The notes beneath the pieces were generated by a model that saw only the letters and a program-made list of their open reading frames with translations, did not search any database and was not told the origin of the DNA. Positions 45,412 through 53,784 of a stretch of DNA of 61,005 nucleotides are shown piece after piece; position 1 is the stretch's first letter, and the number at the start of each line of letters is the position of its first letter. The stretch spans positions 1 to 61,005 of IMG/VR virus record IMGVR_UViG_3300046796_000499. One strand, given 5' to 3'. The translations under genes were made by a program, and so were the position numbers. This DNA comes from a virus (Duplodnaviria; Caudoviricetes).

Positions 45412-47154
45412 TCACACCCCACCAAACACGAGGTCCACCGCCTCGTCCTTGGCCGCGCCCTTGGCTGCCGCCGCCTGCCACCTCTGGCCCTCGGCCAGAT
45501 TGTCGATGCGCGCCACGCCCGCCAGCTCGCGTTTTTGCTCGGCCGAAAAATCGCTTTCGATGGCCACCCCGTACACCTGGGCCCCCACCTTGCCGAGCTG
45601 CTCCACCGCCGTACCCCAGCCGCCGCCGCCATCGGTCACCAGGATCACGTCCGCTTTGCTCCAGGCGCCCTTGCCGAGCTCGCCCCGCGCCCAGTCGAGC
45701 GGAGGGGCGAACGCCGTCCCGCCGCCCGAGAAGTAACTCACCATCTCGATGAGCTCGGACAAGGTGAGGCGCCGCTTCGGCTCCACCAGGAACGTGGCCT
45801 GGACCGAGGAATCGAAATGGCAGAGGCCGAATCCCCGCTTTTGGATCGCACAGATCTCCATCAGGGCCAGGCCAACGGCCATTGCCCACTCGTTGCGCGC
45901 GCCCGTCATGCTGCCCGAGCCATCCACCAAGAGCAGGATCGGGCCCTGGTCCTCGCTCTCGCGGCCCTCCATCTGATACTCGAGCGCCTGGCGTTCCACC
46001 AGCTTGCGCAGTAGCAGGAGCTCGGTCTCCTCGGCCGCGAGCAACACCAGCTCGCTCGGCAGCAGGCGCGCCAGCTCGGCCCCGATCGTCACGTCCACGA
46101 TCTGCTCGGGCACATAGTTCACCTTGGTGCGCTGCTTGGCGCGCGCCCGCATCCGCAGCCGCCCCGCGAGCTTGGCGATCCGCTGCAGCTTCGGATCGGC
46201 CGCCAGCGCCTTTCGGACCTGCTCGCTCGGGGCGTTCACCGCCGAGAGTACCCCGGGGCCACCGCCGGCGCCCAGGCCCGCCATTGCCAGCTGAAGATCC
46301 TCGATCTGATCGGCCGCCGCGTCCGCCGCCACGCGCACCGCTTGGCGGATCGCGAACTCCACCCGCTCCTTGCCGAGTTCCGTGCGCAACGCCTCGGCCT
46401 GCACCTCGGCCTGGCGGGCTTGATCGTCTTTCATCACCCCCGCGCCCGGGGCCATCTCATCGAGCTCGGCCGCCTCCTGCTCGAGCCGCCCCGGATCTTG
46501 CTGGGGGGCGAGCTTGCGGATCGCCTCGTCCAGCACCTTGCCCAAGGTCTCGGTCACCCGCCCCGCGCCGATGCCCGCCGCCCACGGATCGCCCTCGCAC
46601 CGCGCCTCGAGGTCCTCCCACTCGCTCACCTGGCCCACCTGCTCGTGGATGGCCTCGAGCCACTGGTCGCCCGCTGCCACCTCATCGAGCGCCGCCGCGC
46701 CGCCGTAGAGCCGCGCGAACAGCTCGCGCTCGAGGCCCGGCCACTGCTCGACCGCGTGGCGCTCGACCGCGTGGCGGTAGACACCCTGCTCGTCCGCCTC
46801 GCGCGCTGCCAAGCCGCGCACGAATGGATCGACCGCGAGGGTATGATCGCGGCCCGCCTCGAGCAGCTCCCGGCGCTTTTCCCAGACCAGCTCGGGCGCC
46901 AGCTTTTCCCCCGCGAACTGCACCAGCGGCACGTAATCCCGGCCGTTGGCGTAGCACTCGAGCATTCGCCGACCGTCGGCCTCGAACTGGGCTGCGGGCA
47001 GATTGGCTAAAATCTTGCCGTCCTTGTCCACCAGGTTCCAGGACACCGCCTCGGTTTTGCCCGAGGGGCCCGCCGCCATCACCGAGCGGGCCGTGTAGGT
47101 CCCTTCGGAACCCTTCACCGTGATCGGCTGGGGGCGATTCGTCAGCTGCACCAT
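45412..47154 (-). CDS. vWA-domain protein, ViaA-like
   Basis: LLPSEL; MIDAS DGSGSM...GGT...VTDG. Confidence 0.85.
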   Translation of the reverse strand: MVQLTNRPQPITVKGSEGTYTARSVMAAGPSGKTEAVSWNLVDKDGKILANLPAAQFEADGRRMLECYANGRDYVPLVQFAGEKLAPELVWEKRRELLEAGRDHTLAVDPFVRGLAAREADEQGVYRHAVERHAVEQWPGLERELFARLYGGAAALDEVAAGDQWLEAIHEQVGQVSEWEDLEARCEGDPWAAGIGAGRVTETLGKVLDEAIRKLAPQQDPGRLEQEAAELDEMAPGAGVMKDDQARQAEVQAEALRTELGKERVEFAIRQAVRVAADAAADQIEDLQLAMAGLGAGGGPGVLSAVNAPSEQVRKALAADPKLQRIAKLAGRLRMRARAKQRTKVNYVPEQIVDVTIGAELARLLPSELVLLAAEETELLLLRKLVERQALEYQMEGRESEDQGPILLLVDGSGSMTGARNEWAMAVGLALMEICAIQKRGFGLCHFDSSVQATFLVEPKRRLTLSELIEMVSYFSGGGTAFAPPLDWARGELGKGAWSKADVILVTDGGGGWGTAVEQLGKVGAQVYGVAIESDFSAEQKRELAGVARIDNLAEGQRWQAAAAKGAAKDEAVDLVFGGV

Positions 47155-47217
47155 GATCCGTTTCCGCTTTCTGCCGGGCCGCTCGGGGCGCCCTGGCTCG
47201 TTCATCCTAGCAGGCTT

Positions 47218-48375
47218 TCAGAGCCCGAGCACCTGGCGCGCCGATTCCCGGACGGGGCCGAGCGCGCCGTCCAGTTGCTTGGCCATGGCCAAGATCTTCT
47301 CCTTCTTGCGCGGGTTGCGGCTCTCTTCGGCCAGCTTGCGGATCTCCTTGAGGGCCCGGTTTCCGTCCCGGTTGCAGGCCACCAGAGCGTCCTGGTAGCT
47401 CTTGTCCGGACCGCTCACCGGCATCGCCGGCAAGGCCTGGATCGTCTCCAGCATCAAATCCCGCTTGCCGCTCGCCTCCCCGATCGCCCCCGCACTCACC
47501 TTGCCCACCACCTTGGCCACCGTCTCGCGCTGCTCGGGCGCATCCCAGAGCACATCGGCCAGCACCCCGAAATGGTCGTCCCCCACCTCGATGTCCCCCG
47601 AAAGCCAGGCATTGGCCCGCAGCAGGTTCACCGAGCGCTTGAGGCGCCGATCGGACGGATGGATCCCGGCCTTGCCGAGCTCCGCCCGCACGTTCCAGAG
47701 CGACTGCTGCGCCGTCCGGGGAAAATCGACCGCGCGCACCGCCGCCCGGGCCGCGTCCCACTCGGTGAGCGAGAGCAGCGGGCCCAGGGCCTCCTCGCTG
47801 CCGGTCAGCACCGCGAAAAACGCCTCGGGCGTCCGCACGCGTTCCACCCAGTACCGCACCAGAAACCGATCGTAGAGCGCGCCGAGCTCCGCCCCCTCGG
47901 GTAGCTCGTTGGAGGCGCCCACCGCCATCCGGAGCGGGATGTCCAGCGCGGCGGGGCCGTTGTGGAACTTGCGCTCGTTCAGGGCGGTGAGCAGCGTATT
48001 GAGCACGCCGGAATTGCTTTTGAAAATCTCGTCCAGAAACGCCACGTGGGCGTGTGGGAGCTTGCCGGTCGTGACCCGCTCGAACCGGTCGGCCTTCAAT
48101 CCAGAAATGCTGATGGGACCGTAGAGCTCCTCGGGTGAGCTGAACTTGGACAGCAACCACTCGAAATACTGGGCCTCCCCCACCGCGGAACAGAACTCGC
48201 GCGTGAGCGCGCTCTTGGCCGTCCCCGGAGGCCCGAGCAGTAGCACGTGCTCGCCTGCCAGGGCGGCGCACACCATCCCCTCGATGACTGCCTGGCGCTC
48301 CTGAAAGCGCGAGGTGAGCCGCGCCGAGAGCGCGAGAAACCGATCGACCAGCCCCGAACCATTACCGTCCGCCAT
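47218..48375 (-). CDS. MoxR-family AAA+ ATPase, RavA-like
   Basis: EHVLLLGPPGTAKS, PEELYGP, FLDEIFK, GASNELPE, ALYDRF, SDRR. Confidence 0.88.
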   Translation of the reverse strand: MADGNGSGLVDRFLALSARLTSRFQERQAVIEGMVCAALAGEHVLLLGPPGTAKSALTREFCSAVGEAQYFEWLLSKFSSPEELYGPISISGLKADRFERVTTGKLPHAHVAFLDEIFKSNSGVLNTLLTALNERKFHNGPAALDIPLRMAVGASNELPEGAELGALYDRFLVRYWVERVRTPEAFFAVLTGSEEALGPLLSLTEWDAARAAVRAVDFPRTAQQSLWNVRAELGKAGIHPSDRRLKRSVNLLRANAWLSGDIEVGDDHFGVLADVLWDAPEQRETVAKVVGKVSAGAIGEASGKRDLMLETIQALPAMPVSGPDKSYQDALVACNRDGNRALKEIRKLAEESRNPRKKEKILAMAKQLDGALGPVRESARQVLGL

Positions 48376-48429
48376 TTTTCCCTTTCTGGGCGCCCGCGGC
48401 ATCGATGCCCCGCGCCAGGTCCGTTTACT

Positions 48430-48753
48430 CTAGCAAGGCGCTCCCGAGCCACCAGAACCATTTCCCGACCGGTCGTTTTTTCTCGTTCGCTCTTGGAACA
48501 GCCGCAAGCTTTGCAGCACCGTCCGCTTGCGGGGCAGTGGCCGATCCCAGTCCTCCGGCACCATCCCGAGCGCTGCGGTGATCCGCAGAAAAAACGCCTC
48601 GGTGATCTCGGGGTGCGTGAACGCTTCGGAGAGCTGCTGCGGCAGCACCCCCATGCGCGCCGCCACCTCGGTGAGCCTCAGGCCCTTGGCCGCCGCGCGC
48701 GCCTCCACCTCAGCGCCCCAGGTAGCCATCGTCCGGATCGTCACCCTCCGCAT
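48430..48753 (-). CDS. XRE/Cro-like HTH regulator
   Basis: KGLRLTEVAARMGVLPQQLS...RITAALG; start uncertain. Confidence 0.65.
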   Translation of the reverse strand: MRRVTIRTMATWGAEVEARAAAKGLRLTEVAARMGVLPQQLSEAFTHPEITEAFFLRITAALGMVPEDWDRPLPRKRTVLQSLRLFQERTRKNDRSGNGSGGSGAPC

Positions 48754-48997
48754 CACCCGGGTCTCGGACGGTCTGGCGATTTTCGGGGGACGCCCGGCGC
48801 TGCTGCGTTTCCCAGGCATCGAACTCCCTCACCGCCTCGCTGGCATGCTCGCCCGCGAGGATGGCCATCGAGCGAGGCACGCTGTAGCTCGGCGGAGGCT
48901 CGGCCACCACCTGCTCCAGGCACTGCAGATACACCCGCTGCCAGAACACCCGCCGGCGCTGCTGGTGGACGTCCAGCTCGAAATCGTCCCCGCTCAT
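48710..48997 (-). CDS. Hypothetical protein
   Basis: ATGA overlap with the MTase gene. Confidence 0.45.
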   Translation of the reverse strand: MSGDDFELDVHQQRRRVFWQRVYLQCLEQVVAEPPPSYSVPRSMAILAGEHASEAVREFDAWETQQRRASPENRQTVRDPGDAEGDDPDDGYLGR

Positions 48998-49650
48998 GGC
49001 TGGACTCCAAACAAGGTCTCCTGGGCCAATCGCTGGACCGCGATCTCGCAATACTTCTCGACCAGCTCGATGCCGACGTATCGCAGGCCGCGGTCCTTGC
49101 AGGCCTTGGCGACGGGCCCCGAGCCCATGTAGGGATCCACGACGGTCTTGGCGTCGGGGAAGAAGCCGAGGCACCAGGACATCAGGGCGACAGGTTTTTG
49201 CATCGGGTGCAACACGCGAGCCGCGTTCTCCGAGGCGCGCAGAACTCCCGACCACTGATGACGAAACAGGCGCACCGTTTGAAACGGCGTTCCTCTGGTC
49301 CACGCGAGCTCCAGATCGGTCACGCTGCCGCTCGCAACACGGTCCCAGCCGAGCCAGCACGGGCTATCAGGCAGCCTGCTGGCGAAGTGATTCGCGCCCC
49401 AAAGAACCTCCCCGTGAGCCACGTCCAGCAGCGGCTCCGGATCGAAGGGTTCATCATCGCCGATGACCCGGATGTGACCCGGGTCGTTTGAGCGGCGGCC
49501 GCGGCCGCGCTGGCTCGTGTCCAGGTCGCGCCCCCACGGCGGATCGGTCAGCATTAGATCGAAGCTCCCGAGCAAGGGCAAGATCTCCCGGCAGTCACCG
49601 TGATAGATCGTGATGCCGCCGTGGTCGTAGTAGGGCTTGGGCAGGCTCAC
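48994..49650 (-). CDS. Orphan N4C/N6A DNA methyltransferase (beta class)
   Basis: IYHGDC, TDPPW, HPMQKP, DPYMGSG, GIE. Confidence 0.88.
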   Translation of the reverse strand: MSLPKPYYDHGGITIYHGDCREILPLLGSFDLMLTDPPWGRDLDTSQRGRGRRSNDPGHIRVIGDDEPFDPEPLLDVAHGEVLWGANHFASRLPDSPCWLGWDRVASGSVTDLELAWTRGTPFQTVRLFRHQWSGVLRASENAARVLHPMQKPVALMSWCLGFFPDAKTVVDPYMGSGPVAKACKDRGLRYVGIELVEKYCEIAVQRLAQETLFGVQP

Positions 49651-49880
49651 CCGTAGGCCTCCTCGGGCAGCTCGCCCGTGCTCACCCAGGCCCGGACCTG
49701 GTCCTCGTACTGCCGCCGCATCGGTGAGCCCACGATGCCCGCATAGGGCCCCGAGGGGCCCAAGGGGAAGGTCAGTCCCGCCACGCGCCGCGCCTTGCCC
49801 TGGGACCGCACCCAGAACGATAGGCCCCGCTCGCCCCAAGAGGCGAACCGCACCGGCGGGCGATAGGACTCAAGGTGCAT
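49647..49880 (-). CDS. Hypothetical protein
   Basis: Small coupled ORF, GGAG RBS. Confidence 0.5.
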   Translation of the reverse strand: MHLESYRPPVRFASWGERGLSFWVRSQGKARRVAGLTFPLGPSGPYAGIVGSPMRRQYEDQVRAWVSTGELPEEAYG

Positions 49881-50859
49881 CGAGGAGCCTCTCCACCTCC
49901 GCCCGTGCGCCCTCGATCTCCTCCCCCAGCTCGTCCGCGATGCCGCCGAGCACGTCGCGAAAGAGCTCGACCCGAGCCGAGAGCTGCCGATAGGCGTCCG
50001 CGCGAGTGACCACGCTGCGCTCCTGGCGCTGGGCGAGCGGAGTGCCCGCGCGAAATTCGGAGACTTCCTTTTTGAGCTCTGCCAACTGCAGCTGGAAGGA
50101 CGCCCGCGCCGCCTTGCCCGCCGCCTGCAGGTTGTCGGATGAGCCCGTGATCGTGAGCACGTTGATCTCGCACTTCGGCGCGAGCCGCTCCACCACGCTC
50201 CGGAGCGCGTGCAACACCGGCAGCTTGCTGCCATGGACGAAATACAGGCCGCCCGTGGTTTGCCGGAGGCTCACCGCGCCGAGCAACTGGTCCCGCGTCG
50301 TCCCATGCATCGCGTTCACCAGGATCGCGCCCAAATCGCTCGTGTTCAAGTACGAGCGGGTTTCGGCGAACTTTTCCTCCACCTCCCGTGCAAGAGGCAT
50401 CACCAGTGCGAGCGCCTCGGCCGGCGCCTGGAATTTCCAGTCGAGCTCCGGAGCGGGCCGCTCGGGGTGCCGCTCGCGCCGCCGCTCCACCATGATCTCC
50501 ATGGGATCGGCCACGACCGTGGCCGCGTGCACGTGCTTGAGTTTGCCCGGCTGGGCCGGGTCCGGGCTCTCGAGCACCAGCGCCCAGCCCTTGGCTACCT
50601 TGCGCATCAGCACGTTGGGCTTGCCCACCTGCACCTGGTGCACCGCCGTGGTCAGGCTCGCGCTGTGCCGCGGATCGCGAGACATCGCCGCGCCTAGCCC
50701 TGCCTCACCGAGTGCCGCCCGCAGTGCGGTCCGCTCGATGCGTACCCCGGCAAGGGACCAGAACACGAGCGCGCCGATCGTGCGGTGGCCGCCGGAGGCG
50801 AGGAAATCCCCGAGGTGCGAAAGGGTGTGGTTGGAGGTGTCGAGCGATTGGGCTGCCAT
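49870..50859 (-). CDS. DUF6744-like protein
   Basis: GALVFWSL..VRIER..L...SLRQTTGGLYFV and a C-terminal coiled coil. Confidence 0.6.
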   Translation of the reverse strand: MAAQSLDTSNHTLSHLGDFLASGGHRTIGALVFWSLAGVRIERTALRAALGEAGLGAAMSRDPRHSASLTTAVHQVQVGKPNVLMRKVAKGWALVLESPDPAQPGKLKHVHAATVVADPMEIMVERRRERHPERPAPELDWKFQAPAEALALVMPLAREVEEKFAETRSYLNTSDLGAILVNAMHGTTRDQLLGAVSLRQTTGGLYFVHGSKLPVLHALRSVVERLAPKCEINVLTITGSSDNLQAAGKAARASFQLQLAELKKEVSEFRAGTPLAQRQERSVVTRADAYRQLSARVELFRDVLGGIADELGEEIEGARAEVERLLDAP

Positions 50860-50965
50860 GATTGCGTTTCTCTTTCTGGGGGCCGAGTCGCCCCAATTGG
50901 GTGGCGGCCGAGGGAGTTTTTTCCCGGACCGTCCAGTAAAATGATGTCACGCCGCGGGCGGGAAA

Positions 50966-51274
50966 TCAACCGACGGGCGGGAAATGCAACGGGTCGAGAT
51001 AAGCGCGCTCGGCCTGCTGCTCCTGCTCGAGCGCGAGGTGCAGTTCCATTTCGGCGAACTTGTCGCCCCCCTGCTCGTGGTAGCGGCCGATCGCCTCGCG
51101 GGCGATCTCCCGCGCCCGCACCGCCTGGGCCCGGCGCTTTCGGCGCTCGAAAAACTCGAGGATCGCCGTGTCGTCCGCGCGCACTCGGTCGGGCTCCGCT
51201 GCCGCCGGCGCGATCGTCGTTGCCTGATAGTCCACCGCCAGCGTCTGGCGTCCCACTTTGGTTTGATTTGCCAT
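50966..51274 (-). CDS. Hypothetical protein
   Basis: Likely start at ATG 51274; the frame stays open further upstream. Confidence 0.5.
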   Translation of the reverse strand: MANQTKVGRQTLAVDYQATTIAPAAAEPDRVRADDTAILEFFERRKRRAQAVRAREIAREAIGRYHEQGGDKFAEMELHLALEQEQQAERAYLDPLHFPPVG

Positions 51275-51894
51275 CGTGCCCCCAGGAACGGCTGCGCTCC
51301 GGAACGGCTTGAGTTTTTTATGCCGGTCGATTTCTTTCAAGATCAGATCGGGACGGTCGTTCACCTCGGCATGGACGCGCTGCTGGTCACCATCCCCAAG
51401 GCCCCCAGGGTCCCTCACGATTTTCAGGCGCTTCTTTGCTTCCAAGTTCCCCAAACACGCGTTCAGATTCGCCGATGCGCCGAGACCGCTGCTCGCCTGG
51501 ACGCCGTCGATCTGGAAGGCACGACCCAAGCAGATCAACTCGGTTGATCCCTCGCGACCCACCTACCCGAAGCGGCATCCCTCTCTGCCTCCCTGGGGTC
51601 CCCTTTAGGGGCTCGACTCTATGACTCGGCGGCAGCCGAGGGGGGTCCCAAGGGGTGGGGGAAGGGGGGAGGGGATCGGGGCCCCTCCCCCGGAGCGCGA
51701 CCAGCGCGACTGGAACGCTGCTAGCCCAACGCCCAGATCCGGATCCATTTCCAGTGGGGGTGCTGTCAAGATGGGTTGTTTCGGACCTGGGCAAACTGGG
51801 CTGATTAACCCAGTTTTCATTTTAGTTCACCCCTCAGGGTGGGGGCTAAAGCCCCCAAATTGCAGGCTATTGGGTACGGGCCTACTGCTCCGAA

Positions 51895-52419
51895 ATGCTA
51901 CACTGCAGCATGTTGCCCCTCTGGATCGCTGCCTCGCTGCCACTGGTTCCGTGGTTTCGGGACGAGTCGCTCTGGATTGCCGTCTCGAATCTGGTCCTCG
52001 TGGCGCTCGTGGCCATTCTGGCCGTCCGCAATGAACACCTCGGACGCATGCTCGGGCGAGCCACGCGCAAGCTTTTGGTCGGCAAGCGCACGAACAAGGC
52101 CGTGCGCTACGCGCTCAAGGTCACGGTCCATCAGTACCACTCGCTGCGGCGCAAGTTCGACCGGCGCCGCCCGCTGGTCGCGCCCACCCCGGTCGCCTCC
52201 CGCCCGCCGCCGGCTGCGTTCATCATGCCCCCGCCGCTCGATCTCGCCCCGCCGGCGGGAGACGAGCCCTCGAGCTGGAGCGATTCGGGCCTGCTCACCG
52301 CGCACCGCCCGAGCACCCTGCCGCCCGATGACACCGGCACGCGCGAGATCCGGCTGACCGACACCCAGCCGCTTCCGATCGATCAGCGGCTCATCAAGCT
52401 GAGCCGCACCCCGCACTGA
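51895..52419 (+). CDS. Membrane protein with Pro-rich tail
   Basis: LWIAVSNLVLVALVAILAV TM segment; high GC3 codon usage; start may be at the second ATG. Confidence 0.55.
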   Translation: MLHCSMLPLWIAASLPLVPWFRDESLWIAVSNLVLVALVAILAVRNEHLGRMLGRATRKLLVGKRTNKAVRYALKVTVHQYHSLRRKFDRRRPLVAPTPVASRPPPAAFIMPPPLDLAPPAGDEPSSWSDSGLLTAHRPSTLPPDDTGTREIRLTDTQPLPIDQRLIKLSRTPH

Positions 52420-52463
52420 AAAGACGAACGGCGCCCCCCCGGGACGAGCAGGGGAGCGCCGTT
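52419..52463 (-). terminator. Intrinsic terminator between converging genes
   Basis: AACGGCGC.CCCC/GGGG.GCGCCGTT stem with a CTTTT tail on the minus strand. Confidence 0.6.
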
Positions 52464-52592
52464 TGAAAAGTTAGAGAGAGGGAGCGTTGGGGGCCGGGGG
52501 GGGACAGCCTCGCGCAACGCTCCCCCCCAGAAACACCATGGCCCCAGGCGCTCGTCCTGGCAATCGCCAAACGTTCACCCCTCGGGGTCTGC

Positions 52593-52931
52593 TCAGCTGC
52601 CCCTGGGTGGTTCGATACCCGGCAGGGTCGTCCGATCGGGGGTGGAGGCCTCGCGCGCCTGCTGGATGAGCGCGCGGGCTTTCTCCTCGGTCAGCTTCGG
52701 GTTGTTTGCCCGCAGCGTCGCCACCGCCCAGGCGTCCACCGTCTCGGATGCGACGTTGCCCGCGAAGCTCTGGCCGAGCTCGTTGGCCTCGGTGTGCGCC
52801 TGGGCCGCCTCCGCCTCCCAACGGTGCTGACGGCTCTGCAGCCACGCCCGGATCGCTCCCGCCACCACCGGCACCAGCGCCAGCAGTGCTGCCGTCACCC
52901 CCGGCCCGATGCTTTTCCAAAATTCGCCCAT
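52593..52931 (-). CDS. Putative holin (single N-terminal TM)
   Basis: GVTAALLALVPVVAGAIRAWL; adjacent to the endolysin gene; TACAAT box 7 nt before the ATG. Confidence 0.55.
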   Translation of the reverse strand: MGEFWKSIGPGVTAALLALVPVVAGAIRAWLQSRQHRWEAEAAQAHTEANELGQSFAGNVASETVDAWAVATLRANNPKLTEEKARALIQQAREASTPDRTTLPGIEPPRGS

Positions 52932-52989
52932 GGTTTCCATTGTACCATCGCGGAACAAATCGGCCGTTCACCCGCAAGGGGATTTGACT

Positions 52990-53784
52990 ATGCCCAAGAC
53001 GATCCAACCGACTGCCCCCGATCCGGATATCGAGCAGCTCCAGCGCACGCTCCAGCGCCTCGGCTATGGCCAGGGCATCCAGGTCACCGGCTACCCGAGC
53101 CAGGAGCTCTGGAGTGCCGTGGCGCTCTTTCAAATGCAGCACCTCGGGCCCTCGAGGCTACCGCTCGAGCCCGACCGCATCGTGGGCCAGTCCACCTGGT
53201 GGGCCCTGGCGAACCCGTCCGGGCCGCTGCAGCGCTCGGGCTATGCCCTGGCGCTCTCGCCCCGTGACCAGCTCACCCCGGGCCGCCTGGCGCTGCAGGA
53301 GGCTTTCGTGGCCGAGTACCGCAAGGACGTCCACGAGGAGCCGGACGGCAGCAACCGGGGCCCGCAGATCGACTCCTATTGGGGCAACACCGGCCTGCTC
53401 GGCCAGTCGTGGTGCTGCGCTCTGGTCTCCACCCTGCTCTTGCGCGCGCTCGGCCACTACCCGCTCGGCTACCATCACACCAGTGTCTCGGGGATGGTGG
53501 CCTGGGCCAAGGCCCACGATCGGCTGACCCGGGTGCCCAAGCCGATGGATATCTGGGCCATCGTCCATGCCGATGGCACGGGCCACACCGGCGTTGCCCC
53601 CGCGATCGATGACCTGGCGAGCGTGTTTGCGACCTTCGAAGGCAACTGTGGAAACCGTCTCAAACACGGGCGCCGGCAGTTTGCCGACGCCCTGTTTTGG
53701 ATCGACCCGTTCCAGGACGAGCAGCCCCCCCTCTATCAACGTTTGCCCGAGCTCGAACAGCTCGCCGCCCAGGCCACGCGCTAA
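52990..53784 (+). CDS. Endolysin: peptidoglycan-binding domain plus CHAP amidase
   Basis: IEQLQRTLQRLGY...AVALFQ...DRIVGQSTW; EEPDGSNRGPQI, WCCALV, GHTG, EGN. Confidence 0.85.
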   Translation: MPKTIQPTAPDPDIEQLQRTLQRLGYGQGIQVTGYPSQELWSAVALFQMQHLGPSRLPLEPDRIVGQSTWWALANPSGPLQRSGYALALSPRDQLTPGRLALQEAFVAEYRKDVHEEPDGSNRGPQIDSYWGNTGLLGQSWCCALVSTLLLRALGHYPLGYHHTSVSGMVAWAKAHDRLTRVPKPMDIWAIVHADGTGHTGVAPAIDDLASVFATFEGNCGNRLKHGRRQFADALFWIDPFQDEQPPLYQRLPELEQLAAQATR

